This document shows, one piece after another, positions 20,701 through 28,463 of a DNA stretch of 32,000 nt. Within the stretch, counting starts at the first letter, position 1. Each line of letters opens with the position of its first letter. Position numbers and translations under genes: made by a program. The notes under the pieces are model-generated. The model worked only from the letters and a program-made list of their open reading frames with translations. It searched no databases and was not told the origin of the DNA. The stretch comes from Trichodesmium erythraeum IMS101 (GTDB lineage Bacteria > Cyanobacteriota > Cyanobacteriia > Cyanobacteriales > Microcoleaceae). The stretch is from contig NC_008312.1 in the NCBI RefSeq assembly GCF_000014265.1, forward strand, positions 4,350,001 to 4,382,000. Reading direction: 5' to 3'.

Positions 20701-23700
20701 TTAGACTCTGAGAGTCAAACCCTAAGCCTCAATTTTGAGGCAGATCAACACGGCGAAGCTGATGTCACAGTTACTGCAAATTCTGATGGCAAACCTGTGG
20801 AGGATAGCTTTACGGTCACTGTCGCTCCGGTAGATGATCCTCCCCGCCTGATTAAGGAAATAAATGATCTCAATGTCCTAGAGGATGCTGATAATACTAA
20901 CATCAACCTAAGTGAACATTTTGAAGATGTAGATAGTGTTATCAACTACAGCGTTGTTGCTAATAATAATACTGGCATGGTCAAAGATAGTGCTAACGGT
21001 AATATCCTGAACTTAGATTATGTGCAGGACAAGTACGGCAGCGGAGATATTACTGTTCGGGCAGAATCTAACGGTTTATCCGTAGAGGATACCTTTACTG
21101 TGAACGTGGCTCCAGTGGACGATCCCCCAAAAGTGGTGAATCCGATAGCTGATGTATCAGTAAATGAGGATGCACCAGCCACCTCTATAGACTTATCTAA
21201 CGTATTTAGCGATATTGATAACGAGGATGCAGCCATCACAAAAGCAGTAATTACTAATAGTAACTCAGGCTTAGTGACTCCAGTAATTGATGGCAACAAC
21301 CTGAGCTTGAATTATATACCTAATGCTAGTGGTATAGCTGAGATTACAGTAGAAGGAACATCCAATGGTCTCACAGTCAGTGATACCTTTACTGTAAACG
21401 TGGCTCCAGTGGACGATCCGATAGTAGTGGTGAATCAGATAGCTGATGTATCAGTAAATGAGGATGCACCAGCCACCTCTATAGACTTATCTAACGTATT
21501 TAGCGATTCTGATAACGAGGATGCAGCCATCACAAAAGCAGTAATTACTAATAGTAACTCAGGCTTAGTGAATCCGGTAATTGAGGGTAACAACCTGAGC
21601 TTGAATTATATACCTAATGCCAGTGGTATGGCTGAGATTACAGTAGAAGGAACATCCAATGGTCTCACAGTCAGTGATACCTTTACTGTAAACGTGGCTC
21701 CAGTGGACGATCCGATAGTAGTGGTGAATCAGATAGCTGATGTATCAGTAAATGAGGATGCACCAGCCACCTCTATAGACTTATCTAACGTATTTAGCGA
21801 TTCTGATAACGAGGATGCAGCCATCACAAAAGCAGTAATTACTAATAGTAACTCAGGCTTAGTGAATCCAGTAATTGATGGCAACAACCTGACTTTGAAT
21901 TATATGCCTAATGCTAGTGGTGTGGCTGAGATTACAGTAGAAGGAACATCCAATGGTCTCACAGTCAGTGATACCTTTACTGTGAACGTGGCTCCAGTGG
22001 ACGATCCGATAGTAGTGGTGAATCAGATAGCTGATGTATCAGTAAATGAGGATGCACCAGCCACGTCTATAGACTTATCTAACGTATTTAGCGATTCTGA
22101 TAACGAGGATGCAGCCATCACAAAAGCAGTAATTACTAATAGTAACTCAGGCTTAGTGAATCCAGTAATTGATGGCAACAACCTGACTTTGAATTATATG
22201 CCTAATGCTAGTGGTGTGGCTGAGATTACAGTAGAAGGAACATCCAATGGTCTCACAGTCAGTGATACCTTTACTGTGAACGTGGCTCCAGTGGACGATC
22301 CGATAGTAGTGGTGAATCAGATAGCTGATGTATCAGTAAATGAGGATGCACCAGCCACCTCTATAGACTTATCTAACGTATTTAGCGATATTGATAACGA
22401 GGATGCAGCCATCACAAAAGCAGTAATTACTAATAGTAACTCAGGCTTAGTGAATCCGGAAATTGAGGGTAACAACCTGACTTTGAATTATATACCTAAT
22501 GCTAGTGGTGTAGCTGAGATTACAGTAGAAGGAACATCCAATGGTCTCACAGTCAGTAATACCTTTACTGTGAACGTGGCTCCAGTAGACGATCCGCCAG
22601 TAGTGGTGAATCCGATCGCTGATGTATCAGTAAATGAGGATGCACCAGCCACCTCTATAGACTTATCTAACGTATTTAGCGATATTGATAATGATGATGC
22701 AGCCATCACAAAAGCAGTAATTACTAATAGTAACTCAGGCTTAGTGAATCCAGTAATTGATGGCAACAACCTGACTTTGAATTATATACCTAATGCTAGT
22801 GGTGTGGCTGAGATTACAGTAGAAGGAACATCCAATGGTCTCACAGTCAGTGATACCTTTACTGTGAACGTGGCTCCAGTGTACGATCCCCCAGACTATC
22901 CGCCAGTAGTGGCCAATCCGATCGCTGATGTTGTTGTTAATGAGGATGCACCAGCCACGTATATAGACTTATCTAACGTATTTACCGATATTGATAACGA
23001 CGATGCAGACATCACAAAAGCAGTAATTACTAATAGTAACTCAGGCTTAGTGACTCCAGTAATTGATGGCAACAACCTGAGCTTGAATTATATACCTAAT
23101 GCCAGTGGTATGGCTGAGATTACAGTAGAAGGAACATCCAATGGTCTCACAGTCAGTGATACCTTTACTGTGAACGTGGCAGTAACTACAGGCAGGTCTA
23201 GCTGGGAGGGTACTCTAGGCAGCGATGATGATGATAATCCTACTCGTAATGGCAAGTATTATGATGATTACCTTCTGAATGGAGTCTCTCCAGGGGAGCA
23301 GGTCACAGTCGACATGACTGCCTCTTTTGATACTTACTTGCAACTGGTAAACGCTGCAACAGGAGAAGTAATTGCCTACAATGATGATGGTGGTTCTGGT
23401 GCTAACTCTAGCTTGACCTTTACAGTAGAATCAAATATTAATTATCTGATTCGGTCTACTAGCTATTCTTCAGGAGCGACTGGTGTTTACACTGTGGAAA
23501 CATCACGGGGCCTCATGATTCTGAGGGACGATGTTCCGCCAGTAGTGGCCAATCCGATCGCTGATGTTGTTGTTGATGAGGATGCACCAGCCACCTCTAT
23601 AGACTTATCTAACGTATTTAGCGATATTGATAACGAGGATGCAGCCATCACAAAAGCAGTAATTACTAATAGTAACTCAGGCTTAGTGACTCCAGTAATT

Positions 23701-24783
23701 GATGGCAACAACCTGACTTTGAATTATATACCTAATGCCAGTGGTATAGCTGAGATTACAGTAGAAGGAACATCCAATGGTCTCACAGTCAGTGATACCT
23801 TTACTGTGAACGTGGCTCCAGTAGACGATCCGCCAGTAGTGGTGAATCCGATCGCTGATGTATCAGTAAATGAGGATGCACCAGCCACCCCTATAGACTT
23901 ATCTAACGTATTTACCGATATTGATAACGATGATGCAGCCATCACAAAAGCAGTAATTACTAATAGTAACTCAGGCTTAGTGACTCCAGTAATTGATGGC
24001 AACAACCTGAGCTTGAATTATATACCTAATGCCAGTGGTATGGCTGAGATTACAGTAGAAGGAACATCCAATGGTCTCACAGTCAGTGATACCTTTACTG
24101 TGAACGTGGCAGTAACTACAGGCAGGTCTAGCTGGGAGGGTACTCTAGGCAGCGATGATGATGATAATCCTACTCGTAATGGCAAGTATTATGATGATTA
24201 CCTTCTGAATGGAGTCTCTCCAGGGGAGCAGGTCACAGTCGACATGACTGCCTCTTTTGATACTTACTTGCAACTGGTAAACGCTGCAACAGGAGAAGTA
24301 ATTGCCTACAATGATGATGGTGGTTCTGGTGCTAACTCTAGCTTGACCTTTACAGTAGAATCAAATATTAATTATCTGATTCGGTCTACTAGCTATTCTT
24401 CAGGAGCGACTGGTGTTTACACTGTGGAGACATCACAGGGTCTCATGATTCCTAGTATCGCTCCCAGTCAAAGCTTGAATGGTTACTTAGGCAGCAGCAC
24501 GCAGGATAACCCCACCCGCAATGGCAAATATTATAATGATTATCTGCTAACTGGTGTATCCCCTGGGGAGCAAATAACCTTGAATCTCAGTGCTGATTTT
24601 GATACTTACTTGCAACTAGTTAACGCTCAAACAGGAGAACTAATTACTTACAATGATGATGGTGGTTCTGGTACTAACTCTAGTTTGACCTTTACAGTGG
24701 AATCAAATATCAATTATCTAATTCGGGCTACTAGTTATGCACCCGCTCAAACAGGAGTTCACACTCTGAGTGTTCTTCGTTAG
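17770..24783 (+). CDS. giant repeat protein, adhesin-like: 5 PPC-like modules, 13 cadherin-like ~98-aa modules, 3 C-terminal PPC-like modules
   Basis: 2337-aa uninterrupted ORF. PPC-like pattern: D.(D/Q)DY(Y/F).F.L....(L/V).I.LD.L..(N/D)A.L.L.D..G..I..S...G...E.I...L..G.YYV.V......T.Y.L.L. Cadherin-like units: APVDDPPVVVNPIADVSVNEDAPATSIDLSNVF.DID...ITKAV...N.GLV.P.I.GN.L.L.Y.PN.SG.A.ITV....NGL.V.DTFTV.V. C-terminal modules: NPTRNGKYYDDYLL.GVSPGEQ....SFDTYLQLVNA.TGE.I.YNDDGGSG.NS.LTF. No N-terminal signal peptide is evident. Confidence 0.9.
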   Translation: MIKMFETGDINVNKIDDPLVPLEGQSDVEQIITSSSTSNIEHNFLGLSSESELLDTAESLSKSTETTVEKTEIITPGDVKGTEKEDIDTITGEALKNLNVTPLEEDLLTKTRITNRKRSKKIDPGSDAENAHDLDKIGKSPTTYNEKIGYRSGGSRDKSDYYKFTLQGQKKQKFNDLNIVLDGLNANANIQLFDEDGKTIIDQSRKKGKREEEINQILNNGTYYLNVQAQGKAKTQYSLSLSSDQVKDEDGKRKDAQDLGSLKKKPQRIKDDIGFQLGSVRDQKDFFEFSVNRDSEVTITLDALKEDANLKLLNKQGSLLFSSSNENREKEKINTILEKGKYFVEVAPESGDRTNYMLSLSADDEIEDPDGQIPGKNLGKLTSKTISKTDRIGSQRGFIDSDDFWEFQLTKETDLTINLDSLKANADLELYDSDGTTLIFSSKNEGREEEEIEAILEKGIYYVRVKSVGGSSTKYRLSLSGDTDITEEDDKLPGTSLGELGAEEVTQRDRIGFGRGSLRDFQDYYSFSLGEKSDVNISLDNLRANAELELLGIDGRTIEKSNKKGRASETIDSILAPGDYYVKVSPVGKAKTKYDLGLTANPAIDDYSNPKQAKEIGILYEENTYEETNEIGFKRGSVRDFADYFHFELAQSQQVNISLDNLRKNAGLQLLGGENGKKQIEISNEKGRQPEEINKDLEPGNYYVKVFSVGKLKTGYELSFEALSPDEAPYVVAPGIEDVKVKEDRNIRPFNVSKFFKDPDSRIETIEVTDNTNPGLVIPSEKNKNLKGKKLELELVKNQNGYGEITITATSKGKTVSDTFAVDVTPVDDPPKLKLPIDNVNVDEDAPKKEITLSNHFEDIDSDLTYKVINNNNGSLLSPSINGNTLTLEFSKDQNGEAKIKVQATGDGKSVTDTFTVNVDPVDDPLFVDKPRENLSVEEDNPNEVIDLSKVFKDIDSQITLAFSDDNNTNQNLVKATLDSESQTLSLNFEADQHGEADVTVTANSDGKPVEDSFTVTVAPVDDPPRLIKEINDLNVLEDADNTNINLSEHFEDVDSVINYSVVANNNTGMVKDSANGNILNLDYVQDKYGSGDITVRAESNGLSVEDTFTVNVAPVDDPPKVVNPIADVSVNEDAPATSIDLSNVFSDIDNEDAAITKAVITNSNSGLVTPVIDGNNLSLNYIPNASGIAEITVEGTSNGLTVSDTFTVNVAPVDDPIVVVNQIADVSVNEDAPATSIDLSNVFSDSDNEDAAITKAVITNSNSGLVNPVIEGNNLSLNYIPNASGMAEITVEGTSNGLTVSDTFTVNVAPVDDPIVVVNQIADVSVNEDAPATSIDLSNVFSDSDNEDAAITKAVITNSNSGLVNPVIDGNNLTLNYMPNASGVAEITVEGTSNGLTVSDTFTVNVAPVDDPIVVVNQIADVSVNEDAPATSIDLSNVFSDSDNEDAAITKAVITNSNSGLVNPVIDGNNLTLNYMPNASGVAEITVEGTSNGLTVSDTFTVNVAPVDDPIVVVNQIADVSVNEDAPATSIDLSNVFSDIDNEDAAITKAVITNSNSGLVNPEIEGNNLTLNYIPNASGVAEITVEGTSNGLTVSNTFTVNVAPVDDPPVVVNPIADVSVNEDAPATSIDLSNVFSDIDNDDAAITKAVITNSNSGLVNPVIDGNNLTLNYIPNASGVAEITVEGTSNGLTVSDTFTVNVAPVYDPPDYPPVVANPIADVVVNEDAPATYIDLSNVFTDIDNDDADITKAVITNSNSGLVTPVIDGNNLSLNYIPNASGMAEITVEGTSNGLTVSDTFTVNVAVTTGRSSWEGTLGSDDDDNPTRNGKYYDDYLLNGVSPGEQVTVDMTASFDTYLQLVNAATGEVIAYNDDGGSGANSSLTFTVESNINYLIRSTSYSSGATGVYTVETSRGLMILRDDVPPVVANPIADVVVDEDAPATSIDLSNVFSDIDNEDAAITKAVITNSNSGLVTPVIDGNNLTLNYIPNASGIAEITVEGTSNGLTVSDTFTVNVAPVDDPPVVVNPIADVSVNEDAPATPIDLSNVFTDIDNDDAAITKAVITNSNSGLVTPVIDGNNLSLNYIPNASGMAEITVEGTSNGLTVSDTFTVNVAVTTGRSSWEGTLGSDDDDNPTRNGKYYDDYLLNGVSPGEQVTVDMTASFDTYLQLVNAATGEVIAYNDDGGSGANSSLTFTVESNINYLIRSTSYSSGATGVYTVETSQGLMIPSIAPSQSLNGYLGSSTQDNPTRNGKYYNDYLLTGVSPGEQITLNLSADFDTYLQLVNAQTGELITYNDDGGSGTNSSLTFTVESNINYLIRATSYAPAQTGVHTLSVLR
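18136..19938 (+). repeat. five diverged ~120-aa PPC-like (pre-peptidase C-terminal-like) modules
   Basis: Protein-level periodicity is visible in the ORF translation (KSDYYKFTL..., QKDFFEFSV..., SDDFWEFQL..., FQDYYSFSL..., FADYFHFEL...). Each module ends in ...Y.L(S/G)L(S/T). Confidence 0.75.
21109..23178 (+). repeat. tandem 294-nt (98-aa) cadherin-like units C5-C11, near-identical
   Basis: Unit starts verified at 21109, 21403 and 21697 (GCTCCAGTGGACGAT). Units 21697..21990 and 21991..22284 encode identical peptides, and I saw only isolated base differences. Four older, diverged units precede them at 19939..21108. Confidence 0.9.
22901..24450 (+). repeat. 930-nt segmental duplication inside the giant gene (cadherin-like unit + PPC-like module)
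   Basis: 22901..23520 matches 23831..24450 at an in-frame offset of 930. In the PPC-like part (23179..23520 vs 24109..24450) I count only 3 mismatches. Confidence 0.9.
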
Positions 24784-24834
24784 CTGACATGACTAAAAAT
24801 GCCCTGAGTCTGTAATTTCAGAACTAGTTAATTT

Positions 24835-24878
24835 AGCGATCGCTCTTTCTTAACCATCCCGAGAGCGATCGCTTTTTT
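24835..24878 (+). terminator. intrinsic terminator of the giant gene
   Basis: A perfect 12-bp stem AGCGATCGCTCT (24835..24846) / AGAGCGATCGCT (24862..24873) has a HIP1 site in each arm and a 15-nt loop. It runs straight into a T-tract (through 24878), 52 nt after the TAG stop. Confidence 0.75.
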
Positions 24879-25027
24879 CCTAGTATTTTTAGATACCCAG
24901 TTTTTCCAAAAAACTGATAGGTGTTTGCATAAATTACAGGCTCGGCCATCAAAACTTTTTTGATCAGCAATTATATTATGTCCGGAACATCAGTCTTCAA
25001 TATAAATGCCTTGTGTTTTAGCTATGG

Positions 25028-25085
25028 GATAAATTTAGCGATCGCTTCCTTGACAAAAATGTGATTTGGTTAGCCATAGATTTTT
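25028..25085. repeat. ~58-nt intergenic element, copy A (downstream of potA)
   Basis: gataaatttagcgatcgcttcct is identical to 26651..26673. The remainder is about 75% identical by eye. Confidence 0.7.
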
Positions 25086-25244
25086 ATCGGGGAATATCAA
25101 ATTCTGAAATATAGTAGTTGATTTAATTAACAACCACTATTTTAATTTTTCCTGATTAGATTTTTCTTAGTCGTATTTAGAAATATAAGTACATTTCTTT
25201 TCTCAATCAATACCTCGTCTTTAAAGGCGGGGTTTTATGTCTGG

Positions 25245-25435
25245 ATACTAACATTAAGACTCTATACTATGAAGCAGGAAAATTATATTATTCCCATATT
25301 AGTATTAGAGATTATATCTAAAACCTATAGGGAGTAAATACGAACAAAAAATAATTGATTATCCTCAATTAGGAGTATTATATAGCAATTTAACTCCCAA
25401 ACTGCTGTAATAACAAACAGCCATAATATTTGCCT
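25245..25435 (+). pseudogene. Uma2 pseudogene, continuation (middle part of the gene)
   Basis: Aligns with the intact gene at about 16207..16400. For example, caggaaaattatattattcccatattagtattagagattatatctaaaacctataggga... aligns with gaggaaaattatattgttcccatactggtattagaaattgtttctaaaacctatgggga... Frameshifts and stops are present. It starts almost exactly where the 5' half (16801..17111) stops. Confidence 0.8.
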
Positions 25436-25464
25436 TATCTACTACTAATTTGGCAAAACTATAT

Positions 25465-26610
25465 CTAACTGCTAAACTTTCCCAAATTCAACCTCTCTTT
25501 TTCTGACAAACTTTCTGGCAAGATACTAATATTTTCCACAGGAATATGAACTTTAACCTTCTCACCAACAGAATATTGATTAAGATAAAAAAGATTAATA
25601 TTTTGTCGGCGAATAACTATCTTAATTTTGTCATTTAAACCCACAACATAACGAGTATCCGTACCAAGATAAACCAAATTTTCTATCCTCCCAGAAAAAT
25701 TATATTTTGCCGTAAAATTTGGTGGAAAAATTTCGATTTTTTCCGGTCTCACAACCAAAGTAATAACTGTACCTATTGGTAGATGATTAACAGAAGGTAT
25801 TAACAAACGCAAATCTTCATCTATTAACACCATACTCTTATCCTCTTGATGTGCAATTATTCCCCCAGTTAAAAAATTACTTTCCCCAATAAATTCAGCC
25901 ACAAAACGACTTTTTGGTTGTTCATAAATCTCCACCGGAGTTCCCACCTGTAAAACTTCACCATGGTGCATAACAGCTATCCGGTCAGACATAGTCAAAG
26001 CTTCTTCTTGGTCGTGAGTAACATATATAAAAGTCATACCCAACCTTTGCTGCATTAGCTTTAATTCTAACTGCATTTCTTGGCGTAATTTTAAATCTAA
26101 AGCACCCAAAGGTTCATCAAATAATAATACTGCTGGTTGTTTAATCAATGCCCTTGCCAAAGCTACCCTTTGTTGTTGTCCACCAGATAATTTTCGGGGA
26201 TAAAACTTCTGCATATCTATTAACTTTACTTGAGCCAAACTATCAGCTACCCGACGATTTATTTCTGGGCGTGGGAGATTTTCCATTTCTAATCCAAAAG
26301 CAATATTTTCTGCTACTGTGAGATGGGGAAATAAAGCATAATTCTGAAAAACTGTATTAACTGGTCGATGAAATGGCGGACTATTTCCCATTAGTTTATC
26401 TTGAATATAAATCTCTCCAGATGTGGGAATTTCAAAGCCAGCTATCATTCTTAATGTCGTAGTTTTACCGCATCCAGACGGACCAAGTATAGAAAAGAAT
26501 TCAGATTTTTTTATCTGGAGATTGATATTATTTACAGCGATAAATTGTTTTTTATTTTGACTAGAGAATATCTTGCCAATATTGATGAGATTGACTGCTA
26601 TATTTTCCAT
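25465..26610 (-). CDS. potA: spermidine/putrescine-type ABC importer ATP-binding protein
   Basis: 381-aa ORF with [49 protein letters not shown] and VTHDQEEAL, plus a C-terminal TOBE-like regulatory domain. It is clustered with potB/C/D homologs. Confidence 0.9.
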   Translation of the reverse strand: MENIAVNLINIGKIFSSQNKKQFIAVNNINLQIKKSEFFSILGPSGCGKTTTLRMIAGFEIPTSGEIYIQDKLMGNSPPFHRPVNTVFQNYALFPHLTVAENIAFGLEMENLPRPEINRRVADSLAQVKLIDMQKFYPRKLSGGQQQRVALARALIKQPAVLLFDEPLGALDLKLRQEMQLELKLMQQRLGMTFIYVTHDQEEALTMSDRIAVMHHGEVLQVGTPVEIYEQPKSRFVAEFIGESNFLTGGIIAHQEDKSMVLIDEDLRLLIPSVNHLPIGTVITLVVRPEKIEIFPPNFTAKYNFSGRIENLVYLGTDTRYVVGLNDKIKIVIRRQNINLFYLNQYSVGEKVKVHIPVENISILPESLSEKERLNLGKFSS

Positions 26611-26650
26611 TTATGAGTAAATTGTACTTTCTGATGATTTAATTATCAGC

Positions 26651-26708
26651 GATAAATTTAGCGATCGCTTCCTAGCAAAAAATATGATTTGATTGGTCAT
26701 CTATTTCT
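26651..26708. repeat. ~58-nt intergenic element, copy B (immediately upstream of the potA start)
   Basis: See copy A. On the minus strand it opens a 29-codon mini-ORF (26700..26611) whose TAA directly abuts the potA ATG, in the same frame. Confidence 0.7.
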
Positions 26709-26908
26709 GGATAATTAACTTAACCATAATTGAAGAAATACCCTGCAGCTTATTCCAGCAGCAGAATATTTTCTAGTCTAATATCATCAAAAGACTTAAT
26801 AATTTTATTAAATTTAAACCGCAAACCTAGATAAATACTAGCATCGTCAAATCCTAATATTTATTCAGATAATAAGTTGCCATTTATCCCTTGAATATTC
26901 AATAGACC

Positions 26909-26977
26909 TTTTAATTATCCTGGGAAACTAATTCCTCTTAGAAGTGTAATAATAAGCTAATAATTAATAACTATCAA
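26909..26977. repeat. short spacer motif shared with 29653..29710
   Basis: ttttaatt...gg(a/g)a(a/g)actaattcctctt...taat.a..taataat...atcaa is present in both the potD-potA and potB-potC spacers. Confidence 0.5.
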
Positions 26978-27025
26978 CTAAGTTTTTTTAGAGTCAGTTT
27001 ATTAATAGTTGAATGTTAAAAAAAA

Positions 27026-28090
27026 CTATTTACTAACTTCTAACTTAACTTCTGTCCAAGCTTTATCATACAAAACTGTAGCTTCACCAACATCTTGAAG
27101 ATAATTAAGTTTAGCAAATAATTCTGCTGGTGGATAAATAGCAGAATTATTCAGGTCATTAGCTTCAATTAAACCTTGGTCTTTTGCTGCTTGGTTTGGA
27201 GTAGCATACTTAATAAAATTAGATATTTTTGCCCCTATTTCTGGTTCAAGAATAAAGTTAATAAATTTTTCTGCCAGCTCTTTATTTCTACTTCCTTTAA
27301 GAATAACCATATTATCAGTTAAAATAATACTTCCCTCTTTGGGAATAGTGTAACGAAGGTCAGCATTTTCTTTCATAACTTGGAAAATATCTCCACTCCA
27401 TTCACAAGTTAAATCTACCTCACCTTGGTCTAATAAGTTTTGACCAGTATCTGGGGCAAAAACAGCGATCGCCTGTTTATTTTTAATCAGAAAATCTTTC
27501 CCTTGAGCAATTTCCTTAGGGTTAGTTGTATTCGGGTTATAACCAAGAGAAATTAAAGCAATAGCAAAGCTACTACGCATATCATCTAATAATGCTATTC
27601 TCCCCTTAAATTTCTCATCAAACATAGTTGACCAACTATTAATTTCACCTCCGGTTGCTTTAATATTATAACCTATTCCCATTGTACCCAATTGGTAAGG
27701 AATACTATATTTATTTCCCGGATCATATGGAAGATTAGTAAACTTATTATTGAGATTTTTTATATTAGGAATATTCTCTTTATTAAGTTCCTCTAACAGT
27801 CCTTCAGATGCCATAGTTTTCACCATGTAATCACCGGGAAAAGCCACATCATAACCAGGATTTCCAGGTTTAATTTTTGCATATAAGTCTTCATTACTTT
27901 CATAAGTATCGTACTGAATTTTGACATTAAATTTCTTCTCAAACTCAGTCATTACTCCAGGAGCAATATATGTAGACCAATTGTATATACTCAGAACATT
28001 ATTTTCTGAAGTATTGGGATTATTACTACAAGCAATAGGTAAAGTTAATGCGATTGTAAATATCAATAAGAAAAGAATAATTTTTTTCAT
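27026..28090 (-). CDS. potD: polyamine-type periplasmic substrate-binding protein (lipoprotein-like signal)
   Basis: 354-aa ORF. The signal peptide has a lipobox-like LPIAC. LSIYNWSTYIAPGVMTEFEKKFNVKIQYDTYESNEDLYAKIK...YSIPYQLGTMGIGYN aligns well from memory with E. coli PotD ([42 protein letters not shown]...YSIPYIWGATAIGVN). Confidence 0.9.
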   Translation of the reverse strand: MKKIILFLLIFTIALTLPIACSNNPNTSENNVLSIYNWSTYIAPGVMTEFEKKFNVKIQYDTYESNEDLYAKIKPGNPGYDVAFPGDYMVKTMASEGLLEELNKENIPNIKNLNNKFTNLPYDPGNKYSIPYQLGTMGIGYNIKATGGEINSWSTMFDEKFKGRIALLDDMRSSFAIALISLGYNPNTTNPKEIAQGKDFLIKNKQAIAVFAPDTGQNLLDQGEVDLTCEWSGDIFQVMKENADLRYTIPKEGSIILTDNMVILKGSRNKELAEKFINFILEPEIGAKISNFIKYATPNQAAKDQGLIEANDLNNSAIYPPAELFAKLNYLQDVGEATVLYDKAWTEVKLEVSK

Positions 28091-28463
28091 AGACTAAGCG
28101 TGATAAATATTTGTGAAAAAAGGCACAAGTAAGAAAGATAAAATTCTCAACAAAGGGGAAAAATGATAGAGATAGACTTCTCAAATTCAACAGTTCAGAT
28201 AAGACCAAAACAATTATGGTATTCAACCATTAAGTAATTGTACAAAATTAATTACATACTTGCTTCTGCTGAAAAGCCTGCAGTAGTAAAAATTATAGGA
28301 ATTAAATCATAGTAATTAATTTCGTCTAGCCACTTAGATTAGCTTTTGAGATTACATAAATGCAAAAAAATCTTAACTAAACTGTATTGGTCTATAGACT
28401 TATCTACTTTCCTTTTTCCTGCCTCCATCTTCCCTTTTTATTCTTTCTTTTTTTTCGGTAATT

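Noticed and set aside
17760-24005. Minus-strand ORFs inside the giant gene from the ORF track (for example four MLPSITG(V/F)TKPELLLVITAFVMAASSLSIS... ORFs, plus 17760..18128 and 18091..18285).
   Set aside because: They are the reverse complement of the sense-strand repeat units and recur only because those units recur. Their composition is Ser/Leu/Thr-rich and low complexity. The sense frame is open for 7 kb with a clear domain periodicity.
17112-25244. The 8.1-kb segment splitting the Uma2 relic as a defined mobile element (IS, transposon or integrative island).
   Set aside because: I found no terminal inverted repeats, target-site duplication, transposase, integrase or tRNA attachment site. 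The left end begins inside a scrap of the giant gene's own repeat, which suggests recombination rather than transposition.
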